Positions 38,301-46,444 of a stretch of DNA of 64,000 nucleotides are shown in pieces. Numbering within the stretch: position 1 is the first letter of the stretch; each line of letters opens with the position of its first letter. The translations under genes were made by a program, and so were the position numbers. The notes under the pieces are model-generated. The model had not been told where the DNA came from and searched no databases. It saw nothing but the letters and a program-made list of their open reading frames with translations. The DNA lies in NCBI GenBank assembly GCA_934121905.1, contig CAKOVI010000004.1, positions 46,039 through 110,038 on the forward strand. The letters run 5' to 3'. Origin of the DNA: an uncultured Clostridia bacterium. GTDB lineage: Bacteria > Bacillota > Clostridia > TANB77 > CAG-508.

Positions 38301-41128
38301 ATGGAACAACTCAAACCAATATTGGTTATGATACAGTACAAGATTCTTCTTTAGAAAAAGGAGAAATACAAATAGGCGGAACTGTATTTGGCGGAGGAGA
38401 AGCAAATGAATCAGGTAGTGAAGTATATGATTTCTCATTTATAAGTGTAACAAAAGGAATTGATATTCAAATCGATGGAAATGGTTATGATAAATTTGCA
38501 ATAAAAGGAAGTATATTTGGTTCTGGAAACGCTTCTAGTACAAGTGGTGAAAGTTATATAACAATAAAAAATTATGGTACATCAGATTCGCCACAAAGTA
38601 ATATTTCAATCCAAAGAGCAAACTGTGCAACAATTAGTAATTCTGCAATTTCACTTTCTGGAGCTACTGATAGAACAAATGAGTATAAATCTGAATTTTT
38701 CTCATTAAGTAGGGTAGACCAAGTAAAATTAAAAGATAATTCTATATTATATTTATGCAATGGAGCCAACTTATTAAAAGAATTGGATAGTATAGCAGAT
38801 GTAAATGGAATAGAAGAAAAAGGTGCTGTTACAATAGATTCTGATACAGGAGAAACTACTAAAAATGTTGATAATAGAATCTATATGTTAGAAGGAAAAA
38901 ATCTAAATATAGCAACAAATGAACAAGTAACAGCATATGGAAAAGTACAAGGAATGTTCTTTTTAGGACTATTTACAAATAGAATGAATCCGAGTACAAG
39001 TACAGGATTTTATCATAGTGGATACAATAATGGAGATGCAATAACAAATGCGGGAACATTTTCATCAAACTCATATGCTATGGCACAACATATGACAGAT
39101 CATGATACATCCATAGATGGTTTTTACACAAATTACAACAAAGATGGTATAGTAAAAACAGATTATATAGATACAACTCCAAAAGATGATGTTTACTATA
39201 TTTGGCTTGTTGGGGAAAAAATGGATGTTACAGTATTTGAAATGAGTTTAACTGCATCAAAATACGCAACTTTGGGAACTTATGAATTACTATTACAAGG
39301 ATTTTCAGATCCTAATATAAAATTTGCAATTACAGGATTTTCAGCTGGACTTGCAAATGGCATATCACTTGTTAATCCAGATGAAATACCATCAATAGAA
39401 CCAGATGAGGAAAAAGCAAATTCTGTGTATGGTTTATCTATGAAAACAGGAAATATTGGTTGGAAAAACAAAGGAAGTACAGTATTTCTAACACAAGATG
39501 GTGGAAAATATACAGGAACAAATGACTATGATGCAGATAATTCGACATATACGCCAACGCTTAATTTCTGTTTTTACCACTCACAAAATATTACTAAAAA
39601 ACAGGGACTTGGGGATGTAAGAATCAGATTGCAAGTTTTAACCCCAATTGATGATTTAAATTATAAATTGTCATATATAGATATAAATATTACTTTGTCA
39701 AGTGCATTATATCAAAATGACTTTTACGAAGCGGCAATAACCCCAGGACAGGAATTTGGATTATTTACTACAACAGAAACAACAATAACAAATAAAAGTG
39801 CGTTTTCTACATATTATTCTTTGTATATAGAAGATTTCTCTCAAAGTAAATATTATGCAAACTACAAAAACTATAGTAGGGTATTAGTTTCAAGAGATAA
39901 AAATAATAGTCCATATTGTTTCCCTGTAAACACAAAACTTACTATGTTGGATATGGTAACAAACAAATATTATTATTATATTGTAACTGAGGAAGATGTA
40001 AATCAAAATAAATATGTTTACAATATATCAGATTTTACGGCTATGGGAAGTAATGATGGCAAGTATGATGAAAAATCTGCGTGTGATAATTACTATAATG
40101 CCGAAAAAGATTTAATATATGAAAATTTCATTTTTCATATTAATTTTGCTGATAGCTCGCTTGAAAATAATATAGAGCAAAATACACTATTAATGGAATT
40201 AAGAGATACAGAAAATCAAACATTGCTCGGAGTTCTTGGAATTCAAAGAGACACCATGAAATATACTGTGTATAATGGAAAAGATGCAACAATAAAATTA
40301 TCTGGAGACTTAAATCCTGAAACTCTATATCTTGGAAATACATTAAATTTGAATGTTATTACGAATTTTACACAAACAGTTGTAAATTCAAAAACAGTAT
40401 ATGATACACAATATTTTGATAAAAAATTAGGTGTAAAAATAAGTATCTATGATAACAATGGGAATAGACTAAACAGTGATAGTTTATTTGGTGTAAACTT
40501 CGAATTAGACGGTAAATTGTATTATCCAAGAGTAGAGGGTACAACTAGAATTAGCATAGCAGATAAAGTTACAGATGTTTTAGCCAGATTAAAATTGAAT
40601 ACACAAAACAATACTACATTGGCAACAGGAGATTATAAAATAAAGATAGAATCATTTGGTTCATCAGATGGAATATATTATGGACTAACAGCATCAGATA
40701 AGATTGAATTAAATGTAAGAATAATAAATTCTCAATATGGACTAAAGGTAACAACAGAAGATGAATTAAAAATAGTAGATAAAGATACTGGATTTACTTT
40801 AAATGGAAATGGAACATTTACTAGCAAAATAGAATATTCATCAGGACTATCAAATCCTAGTATTGCAGTATCATTATACAGAAGAGATTATACTGATACA
40901 TATTCTGAAAAATATAATTTAGTTGATTTAACTGATTATGTTAAAGATTATATGTCACCAACTACAAGAGAAAAGGAATATTCGGTTTCTGTTAAGCCTA
41001 CAAATGAAATAAATTACACGTTTTTACTAAAAGACCATTTGGTTTCTGGAACTTATAAATTGGTTTACAAATTATATGATGATAATACATATGTTGGCGA
41101 GGCATATGAATATATAGTAATAAAATAA
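32399..41128 (+). CDS. giant (2909 aa) secreted beta-helix repeat protein / putative adhesin
   Basis: N-terminal signal anchor (LGIKAFRDS). Dozens of (V/I)(Y/F)GG(G/S/A)N repeats lie at about 35.15-38.56 kb and resemble polymorphic-membrane-protein or parallel beta-helix repeats. Inserted lectin-like and CBM-like modules are present. No LPXTG. Confidence 0.8.
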   Translation: MKKINKKKILILIGFVIIVLLGIKAFRDSRAENVIDIESNFKDSSGLVSDETMQIKALNEGKNGISVTLPDIVNNKKIKKYIITKKDIMNDSTNEVSNNVIENLVENEVNESANVSINASQDTANNTSGETTNEDNIIEMNPGEKIYLTQEEKDNSEISFTIEYDTITVNQTVLYNKSLIAENGDKEIICLSGYMPFDTQIKVENTDISNIENQIKQSYQDCIIYGNYNIKLSTNDEDYNPKKYEQKLNIEFTVDENKKYNLLEVQDEIIQEIKDFKVDSGKIIIQTDEIKAYLILENQPKEEQINNQDEVQNDETVFSDEVLVESDDTDDSILEIDDYDSDKNYYTGLNYTENESKVNSGIYPESKLRKVTVNYYGYNYDLGKPEKQEKHNITLSATANKTDTGSVIQDWEQSDWGGWNQIYTRTDTITCTVSGLNQIREKYSDCKFSKWTAKIAVPNDNFNSYFNSDLTNSANSGISVSLENSVITVTGDSFQGLNDSSDTWSFKFKVSFKDSSDWYINNISYDSLTVNSFETLVTIGPENPYGTISDTETQAVISYKKCLPVDSSGNITMELIDNPFMNRPEGKGFNGWKTNNTKYSGSISTNTNDFVQTLKTNENNIKDSSGNYVIDLYPDWIEANIVFVSSSGSSSNDGRSESSPIYNDWNTINSKLNSNIKTCSKASNREANIVVLMNGALNISGITGPNTAYTLTSLYNGTNYGSSSTYLNVGTNNVTLDSDFQLDYIYVSSNASYSSPSGTSDGTYLISPCIYGNMYNLRVGRGIISTNDNNCAWAQIQGGYYNRSSSEFKLVIESGKYTNVQLYRAYYSNNGRYGADTGATTSTTANGILVIGNDIDRNKNNNEKLKIFNRMASRTTTSTNTPYTANNSKALTIEMVIKSGTIGVDYFNSQGTGDSSERNYAGIYVGGHGQTGYDKSDRRVIVEGGNIANIIGGLNVDESDKYKTYIYVKNGNVINITGGAGYTHTYGDRIIQVTGGCIKYSISGGSNGVAASTNTNNGQLTGNSLIYVGGDAHIGATYSIDDNGNKQISETDTSQTLYGVNAGSVCGGANGNNRYAGQTDGSYIIIDGSAVVHNNVFGGGNYGTIGSSSNNTGAEVIDLKNETSSFTTNKEYLITNSSNGGNGLKANGTSVANEAISAKSIPGDGTKWIFESANGGDYYIKNASTGSYLYMRITSAWWSTSASLELSTSNKTAFSVSGSNSKQIYYYYNGRRGTNYYISYSNGWNASTYSTNLYFLTYELKETEETKDAETLVNIKALGGTIKNNIYGGANRNSIYGTVDIAINNGNIEGVTYGGSNLEGNIMGSVLMNISGGQLGIKSDAATHDYYSTDTLFGGGLGSSTKVNGRVLININDKSGNLNIYGNVYGGSSLGTINNNVNININDIYSDTNTVSITGNVFGGGKGNDSTAALVTGNINISVDGSNLPKCNAFGGSDVNGDVNGTIYVKIGENNVSTINSVYGGGNQAAIGTETKEVKVYLLSNAVVTNAFNGGKSADLLSSSESDETRQIYLQGGTAQNIYGGSDSSGTVTVSHLYIESGNAGNVYGGNNQGGTTTITYVNIKGGIIDKVYGGGEKAETTTSNISTTGGTVNYIFGGGNQAGVTTTNINTKGGNIGSAYGGSNTSGNVNESFVNTNDSDEIQTNKKITMEIKKEVSIAQDWQKGNYTTYSTLAKLTVTIKNNTENNITKWNANITVPESVLRVNDSSADITQNNGSYNITEKNRYYGTNTIQANGSFSFTFEILTMQSVEDFGLVYSLSGKDDKGNSLSYDESRIGTVYGGNNQGGVTTTSHVTVNGGEVQNVYGGGNQAVTNETNVNINGKVAKNVFGGGNQAGVNTNTNVNLNGAIVGDNIYGGGNEGIVTGDTFVYVKNSDLSNSLYAGGNGATAVVYGNTNLYMHGTNSVTNSVFGGGNKAETGTEEKNSSKSSVNIVGAIIGKNVYGGANTSVVYGTTQTNIGYDTVQDSSLEKGEIQIGGTVFGGGEANESGSEVYDFSFISVTKGIDIQIDGNGYDKFAIKGSIFGSGNASSTSGESYITIKNYGTSDSPQSNISIQRANCATISNSAISLSGATDRTNEYKSEFFSLSRVDQVKLKDNSILYLCNGANLLKELDSIADVNGIEEKGAVTIDSDTGETTKNVDNRIYMLEGKNLNIATNEQVTAYGKVQGMFFLGLFTNRMNPSTSTGFYHSGYNNGDAITNAGTFSSNSYAMAQHMTDHDTSIDGFYTNYNKDGIVKTDYIDTTPKDDVYYIWLVGEKMDVTVFEMSLTASKYATLGTYELLLQGFSDPNIKFAITGFSAGLANGISLVNPDEIPSIEPDEEKANSVYGLSMKTGNIGWKNKGSTVFLTQDGGKYTGTNDYDADNSTYTPTLNFCFYHSQNITKKQGLGDVRIRLQVLTPIDDLNYKLSYIDINITLSSALYQNDFYEAAITPGQEFGLFTTTETTITNKSAFSTYYSLYIEDFSQSKYYANYKNYSRVLVSRDKNNSPYCFPVNTKLTMLDMVTNKYYYYIVTEEDVNQNKYVYNISDFTAMGSNDGKYDEKSACDNYYNAEKDLIYENFIFHINFADSSLENNIEQNTLLMELRDTENQTLLGVLGIQRDTMKYTVYNGKDATIKLSGDLNPETLYLGNTLNLNVITNFTQTVVNSKTVYDTQYFDKKLGVKISIYDNNGNRLNSDSLFGVNFELDGKLYYPRVEGTTRISIADKVTDVLARLKLNTQNNTTLATGDYKIKIESFGSSDGIYYGLTASDKIELNVRIINSQYGLKVTTEDELKIVDKDTGFTLNGNGTFTSKIEYSSGLSNPSIAVSLYRRDYTDTYSEKYNLVDLTDYVKDYMSPTTREKEYSVSVKPTNEINYTFLLKDHLVSGTYKLVYKLYDDNTYVGEAYEYIVIK

Positions 41129-41141
41129 GGAAAGGTAAAAT

Positions 41142-41735
41142 ATGAAATACGATATTAAATCTATAGAAAAAAGAAAAAAGAAAGAAGTAATGATAAAAAA
41201 TGTATTAAAAGTAATTTTAATTCTTTTAATATATAATATGATTTTGTTAGGCATTTCTGCTATGGATAATAATGAAAATATTAATATTTTTGGATTTAAA
41301 TCTTATATTATTACTACAAATAGCATGGAACCAAATATAAGAATGGGTGATGCGGTTATATGTAAAAAAATAAAAACGGAAGATTTAAAAGAAGGTGATG
41401 TAATAACTTTCTCCAAAGATGGAGAAAGTATTACTATCACACATCGTATTATAAAAATAGAAGATAATAACGGAAAAAAATCTTATATCACTAAAGGAGA
41501 CAATAACACTTTAGAGGATAATGAAAAAGTAGAAGATAGTCAAATAAGAGGCAAAATGGTTATTGTTATTCCTAGAATTGGAAACTTTATAAAATTATTG
41601 TCAAATAATATTATAGTTTTGATATTGATATTAGTTGTATTAATATTATGGTTTATGAAAATATTGATTAATGAAAAGAGAGAGAGTAGGAGAGAAAAAA
41701 GAAAAATTGAAGAAGCAAAAAGTAAAAAATATTAA
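41142..41735 (+). CDS. SipW-type signal peptidase I
   Basis: TNSMEP (Ser box), ITHRII (His box) and KGDNN, with N- and C-terminal TM segments and a basic tail. Confidence 0.75.
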   Translation: MKYDIKSIEKRKKKEVMIKNVLKVILILLIYNMILLGISAMDNNENINIFGFKSYIITTNSMEPNIRMGDAVICKKIKTEDLKEGDVITFSKDGESITITHRIIKIEDNNGKKSYITKGDNNTLEDNEKVEDSQIRGKMVIVIPRIGNFIKLLSNNIIVLILILVVLILWFMKILINEKRESRREKRKIEEAKSKKY

Positions 41736-42285
41736 GTTTTATAAGACTTTGAAGATTAAAAGATGTACATATAAATTAATATATATTTTATTAATGTTAA
41801 TATTTATATATAATATAATATTTTTGATAAATAGTGTTATTTTAAAAAATGAATATTTTAAATTTTCAAAAATAAATATGCTTTCTATGAATACCGATTT
41901 GATGGAAAATGATATAAGCAAAAATAGTTTAGTTATTGTCAAGAAAACTAAGAAATCGGAATTGAAAAATAATGATATTATTGCATATGAGGTTAATGGG
42001 AAAATTAGAATTAATAGATTAATTAATAAGTATAATGATGAAAATAGTGGACAAGAAGTATATTCTACGAAATCAAATCTAAATTATTATCCTGATATTG
42101 AAAATATTTCATACGAGCAAATAATAGGAAAAAAGATTATAAATATACCTTTCTTAGGTGTATTTATTAAAATTTTTCAGTCGAAAATAATTAGTTTTGT
42201 TTGTACTTTTATTTTGATATTAATGTTTATAATTAACGATTCTAAAATTAAAAGAGAAAAAAGAAACAGAAGAAGAAAAATGTAA
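41671..42285 (+). CDS. SipW-type signal peptidase homologue, probably inactive (start uncertain; the TTG at 41749 is a candidate)
   Basis: The architecture matches the active paralogues. However, the His box reads INRLI and the GD(N/A)N box reads KSNLN. Confidence 0.5.
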   Translation: MKRERVGEKKEKLKKQKVKNIKFYKTLKIKRCTYKLIYILLMLIFIYNIIFLINSVILKNEYFKFSKINMLSMNTDLMENDISKNSLVIVKKTKKSELKNNDIIAYEVNGKIRINRLINKYNDENSGQEVYSTKSNLNYYPDIENISYEQIIGKKIINIPFLGVFIKIFQSKIISFVCTFILILMFIINDSKIKREKRNRRRKM

Positions 42286-42317
42286 AAAAACTTTATTGAA
42301 AAAATTTATAAAAGTCC

Positions 42318-42346
42318 TTGACAGGTTTGTGTAGATATAATACAAT
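42318..42346 (+). promoter_or_regulatory. sigma-A type promoter of pyrBI
   Basis: TTGACA (42318-42323), 17-nt spacer, TACAAT (42341-42346). Confidence 0.6.
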
Positions 42347-42371
42347 AAACAAAAATCAAGGAGGAATTAAA

Positions 42372-43286
42372 ATGAGACATTTAATCGATATCAAAGAACT
42401 ATCAGTAGAAGAAATAGACGAATTAATCAAAGTAGCCAAAAATATAATTGCACATCCTGAAGAATATCATGAAAAGTGCAAATATAAAAAATTGGCTACT
42501 TTATTTTTTGAACCAAGTACAAGGACAAGACTAAGTTTTGAAGCAGCAATGATGGAACTTGGAGGAAATGTAATAGGATTTTCAGAAGCATCATCTAGTT
42601 CGGCTTCAAAAGGAGAAAGCGTATCAGACACAGTAAAAATTGTAGGAGGATATAGTGATATAATAGCAATGAGACATCCAAAAGAAGGTGCACCACTTGT
42701 TGCATCACTAAAATCAGATGTTCCAATAATAAATGCAGGAGATGGAGGACATAATCATCCAACACAAACACTAACTGATTTATTAACAATATCATGTGAG
42801 AAAAATAGATTAGATAATTTGACAATAGGATTATGTGGAGACCTAAAATTTGGTAGAACAGTACATTCATTAATTACGGCAATGTCAAGATATAAAAATA
42901 TAAAGTTTGTATTAATTTCGCCTGAAGAGTTAAAATTACCTGAATATGTAAAAGAAGATATATTAGATAAAAATAATATTCAATATGTTGAAACAAATGA
43001 TATAGAAGAATACCTAGGAGATTTGGATATTTTATATATGACAAGAGTCCAAAAGGAAAGATTTTTCAATGAAGAAGATTATTTAAGATTAAAAGATTAT
43101 TACATATTAAATAAAGAAAAATTAGAAAAAGCTAAAAAAGATTTATGCATATTACATCCACTACCAAGAGTTAATGAAATTTCAGTAGAAGTAGATAATG
43201 ACCCAAGAGCTTGTTACTTTAAACAAGCAAGGTACGGAAAATATATAAGAATGGCACTTATTTTGAAATTATTAAATATAAAATAG
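42372..43286 (+). CDS. pyrB: aspartate carbamoyltransferase catalytic subunit
   Basis: The ATG at 42372 follows [20 protein letters not shown] and HPLPR are the ATCase signature blocks. Confidence 0.92.
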   Translation: MRHLIDIKELSVEEIDELIKVAKNIIAHPEEYHEKCKYKKLATLFFEPSTRTRLSFEAAMMELGGNVIGFSEASSSSASKGESVSDTVKIVGGYSDIIAMRHPKEGAPLVASLKSDVPIINAGDGGHNHPTQTLTDLLTISCEKNRLDNLTIGLCGDLKFGRTVHSLITAMSRYKNIKFVLISPEELKLPEYVKEDILDKNNIQYVETNDIEEYLGDLDILYMTRVQKERFFNEEDYLRLKDYYILNKEKLEKAKKDLCILHPLPRVNEISVEVDNDPRACYFKQARYGKYIRMALILKLLNIK

Positions 43287-43296
43287 GAGGATATAA

Positions 43297-43716
43297 ATGA
43301 ATATAGATAGTATAAAAAATGGTATTGTAATAGACCATATACAAGCAAAAATGGGACTTGAAATATATGATGTATTAAATTTAGGTGAGTTAGATTGTTC
43401 AGTTGCTATTATTACAAATGCAAGAAGTGAGAAGATGGGAAGAAAGGATATTATAAAAATTGATAGAGCAATTGATTTGGATTTAGATATATTAGGATAT
43501 TTAGACCCTAATATTACAGTTAATATTATAAAAGATGATGTAAGAGTGGAAAAATATCATGTTAAGCTTCCGGAGGAGATTAAAAATATTATAAAATGTA
43601 AAAATCCAAGATGTATTACTTCAGTTGAACAAGAATTAGACCAAGTTTTTGTTTTGTCAGACAGAGAGAAGAAAAAATATCGTTGCAAATATTGTGAAGC
43701 ATTGAGTGAAAAATAG
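43297..43716 (+). CDS. pyrI: aspartate carbamoyltransferase regulatory subunit
   Basis: IKNGIVIDHI opening and a C-terminal Zn motif CKNPRC...CKYC. Confidence 0.9.
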   Translation: MNIDSIKNGIVIDHIQAKMGLEIYDVLNLGELDCSVAIITNARSEKMGRKDIIKIDRAIDLDLDILGYLDPNITVNIIKDDVRVEKYHVKLPEEIKNIIKCKNPRCITSVEQELDQVFVLSDREKKKYRCKYCEALSEK

Positions 43717-43730
43717 AAAGGCAGATAAAA

Positions 43731-44213
43731 ATGGATGATAAGGAATTAATTGAGAATTTGAAAATTCTTTTAATATATGGAAAAAGATTGGTTGATGGAA
43801 AAAGCAAAGATGGTATGGAAGAGAGAATATATAAAGATGAGGATGACACAGCACATTATTTTTATATAAGGGAATTTTTGCAAAGCCATTTCAAAGATGA
43901 AGAAGAAATACAAGCTATAAAGGAAAGACATGATGTTAATAGTATTTTTTATACTTTACAAAAATTGGGACATATTGTATTTGCAGAAAATACATCAACT
44001 CCTAAGTATAAATCTGGGATATTCTATATGCCGAAGGAAATTTCAGAAAGACAAAGAAAAACTTTAAAGAAAGTTCAAGAAAAGCTTATTGATGAAGATT
44101 ATAATATAATGTTATTAATGAATTTAAATAGAAATGAAAATGGAATAACAGGTTCTCAAAGGCAAGGCAAAGGAACATTATTAGGTGAAATTACCGAAGA
44201 ACAAGAAAGATAA
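43731..44213 (+). CDS. hypothetical protein
   Basis: ORF with an SD. I recognised no family. Confidence 0.5.
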   Translation: MDDKELIENLKILLIYGKRLVDGKSKDGMEERIYKDEDDTAHYFYIREFLQSHFKDEEEIQAIKERHDVNSIFYTLQKLGHIVFAENTSTPKYKSGIFYMPKEISERQRKTLKKVQEKLIDEDYNIMLLMNLNRNENGITGSQRQGKGTLLGEITEEQER

Positions 44214-44267
44214 AATGTAATAGTGTTAAATAAAAAGCATATATAAATACTAGGAGGTATTTACTAT

Positions 44268-44807
44268 ATGCTTTTTTCAAAAAATAAATTATTAAAATTC
44301 CAAATTTTTAGTGTGATTTTTACTTGGATTTTAGGGACCCTTTTGCATTTTACATATGAATGGTCAAATGAAAATATTATTATTGCAGCTTTTTCTGCTG
44401 TTAATGAGAGTACTTGGGAGCACTTGAAGTTATTATTTTTTCCAATGTTTATAACCACAGTCATAGGATATTTTTATTTGAGACCAATGGAAGAGTATAA
44501 GAATTTTTTATGTGCTAAAACGATAGGAATCTTGTCAGCATTATCTTTTGTTGTTGTATTTTTTTATACTTATACGGGAATTATTGGAACTAATTTTGCT
44601 GTTTTAGATATTGGCAGTTTTTTTGTGGGGGTTCTTTTAGGGGAGTTTGTGGCTTATAAATTGATGAAAAATAATGTGAAGTGCAATAGATGGCTTGCTG
44701 TTATTGTTTTGTTGATGTTACTTTTATGTTTTGTTATTTTTACTTATTATACACCACACATTGGATTATTTAGAAATCCTGTGAGTGGTATATACGGAAT
44801 ATTATGA
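44268..44807 (+). CDS. polytopic membrane protein, unknown function
   Basis: Several hydrophobic segments and an AGGAGG SD. Confidence 0.6.
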   Translation: MLFSKNKLLKFQIFSVIFTWILGTLLHFTYEWSNENIIIAAFSAVNESTWEHLKLLFFPMFITTVIGYFYLRPMEEYKNFLCAKTIGILSALSFVVVFFYTYTGIIGTNFAVLDIGSFFVGVLLGEFVAYKLMKNNVKCNRWLAVIVLLMLLLCFVIFTYYTPHIGLFRNPVSGIYGIL

Positions 44808-44877
44808 TATATACAAGATAAATAAAAACATAACCAATTTTAAAATAGTTGGTTATGTTTTTCTGTAAAGTGTATTT

Positions 44878-45468
44878 TTATTTACATTCATTCATATAAA
44901 ATTTCTTATCAGCAAGTTTATCCTGGACCTTACGTAAAGCCTCACCAAATCTTTGGAAATGAACGACTTCTCTTTCTCTTAAAAATTTTAAAGGTTCAAC
45001 AACATCAGGATTGTCTCTACATAAATCGATTAATTTTTCATAGGTAGCTCTGGCTTTTTGTTCAGCAGCCAAATCCTCTTGAAGATTTGCAATAGGGTCA
45101 CCTTTACAAGCCAAGCAATTGGCACTAAAAGGAACACCAGCAGCGGATTGTGGATACACATCAACACCATGATCAGTATAATAAGCACTAAGACCAGCAG
45201 CCTCAATCTCTTCGATAGAAGCATTTTTAGTTAATTGATGAACAATAGTTCCAACCATTTCTAAGTGAGCTAATTCTTCTGTACCAATGTCATTCAAAAT
45301 AGCTTTAGCATTTTGGTCAGGCATACCAAAACGTTGAGACAAATATCTAAGAGAAGCAGCAAGTTCTCCATCAGGACCACCATATTGAGAAATAATAACT
45401 TTAGCAAGTCTAGGGTCTTTACATTTAATATTTATAGGATATTGTAAAATTTTATTATAAGTCCACAT
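44878..45468 (-). CDS. cotJC: spore coat protein CotJC (manganese-catalase fold)
   Basis: The start MWTYNKILQYP overlaps the cotJB stop (TAATG). GGPDGELAASLRYLSQRF and EELAHLEMV are CotJC blocks. Confidence 0.88.
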   Translation of the reverse strand: MWTYNKILQYPINIKCKDPRLAKVIISQYGGPDGELAASLRYLSQRFGMPDQNAKAILNDIGTEELAHLEMVGTIVHQLTKNASIEEIEAAGLSAYYTDHGVDVYPQSAAGVPFSANCLACKGDPIANLQEDLAAEQKARATYEKLIDLCRDNPDVVEPLKFLREREVVHFQRFGEALRKVQDKLADKKFYMNECK

Positions 45469-45800
45469 TAGAACATTCCTCCTTCCCAAGATTCCCAAGG
45501 CCAAGGCTCTTCAAGCCATCTCCATTTATTACAAGGGTAATTAATAGATAAAGGACCATAAACCTTTTGATATTTATCAGTTAAATCCCTGTATTCCTTA
45601 CAATATTTATTGTGTAAGCATAAAGCTTTTTCATCATCTGGATGAGTATCTAAATACAAAGCAAGTTCTTGTATTGCAAAAGCCAAACATTTAATTTCAT
45701 TTAACATTTCAGCTCTTGTATTTTCTTTTTCACAGCATGAAGATTGGCAACAATCACTTGAAGATGCCATATTCATAGGATTATTTAAAGCAGCATTCAT
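45468..45800 (-). CDS. cotJB: spore coat protein CotJB
   Basis: ELALYLDTHPDD...YGPL...PWPWE is the CotJB signature. Confidence 0.85.
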   Translation of the reverse strand: MNAALNNPMNMASSSDCCQSSCCEKENTRAEMLNEIKCLAFAIQELALYLDTHPDDEKALCLHNKYCKEYRDLTDKYQKVYGPLSINYPCNKWRWLEEPWPWESWEGGMF

Positions 45801-46165
45801 TATTCATTACACCCCTCTCCAATAGAATTAGTCTTTTCAAGAAAAGATATTTGTTTCATAGAATCACAAGGTTCGTATGGACTTACAAGCTCTGGGAAAA
45901 TAGTTCCATGTTTTAATCCAACACATGGCTTAAAAGTTTCATTCATAAATTGAATTGGAACATAACTTTGAGCAAGCATAGGATTATCTGGAAAAACATC
46001 CATGTAATTATCATCGAATCCACATCCACAATTATCATTGTAATTTTGCACACTAGTTCCTACATTATTACAGCAATTTTCGATAAGATTTGTATTTGTA
46101 CAGTGATTTTGCATATTCATTAAATTGTTGTTCATACAACAGCAACGCATACATCTATTTCGCAT
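45800..46165 (-). CDS. cotJA: spore coat-associated protein CotJA with a Cys/Asn-rich N-terminal extension
   Basis: AQSYVPIQ...GLKHGTIFPELVSPY is the CotJA block, and the gene lies upstream of cotJB and cotJC. Confidence 0.8.
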   Translation of the reverse strand: MRNRCMRCCCMNNNLMNMQNHCTNTNLIENCCNNVGTSVQNYNDNCGCGFDDNYMDVFPDNPMLAQSYVPIQFMNETFKPCVGLKHGTIFPELVSPYEPCDSMKQISFLEKTNSIGEGCNE

Positions 46166-46239
46166 TTTAGATTTTACCTCCTAAATAAGTTTATAGTATA
46201 TAATATTATAAAATTCGACAAAATGTGATAAAATTTCGT

Positions 46240-46322
46240 ATTGGGGACGGTTCTTTTTCAGAAAAATGTTCCATTAAGACCCGGTTCCAATGGAACATTT
46301 CGTGAAAAGAACCGTCCCCAAT
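46240..46322. repeat. GC-rich palindromic element R5 (nested hairpins)
   Basis: Outer arms attggggacggttcttttt / aaaagaaccgtccccaat. Inner arms aatgttccatt / aatggaacatt. Confidence 0.8.
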
Positions 46323-46394
46323 CTGAAAAAATTTACAACTTCAAAAAAGTATGATATAATTTCCCCAAAAAGGACGTCACCAAAAGAGAAAATG

Positions 46395-46423
46395 CACCAA
46401 AAAGACCCGGTCCCAATGGAGCA
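46395..46423. repeat. solo half-element R6 of the same family
   Basis: caccaaaaagacccggtcccaatggagca is nearly identical to the R2 right arm. It sits just upstream of an SD. Confidence 0.75.
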
Positions 46424-46444
46424 AATGGGTCAAAAGGAGAAAAA

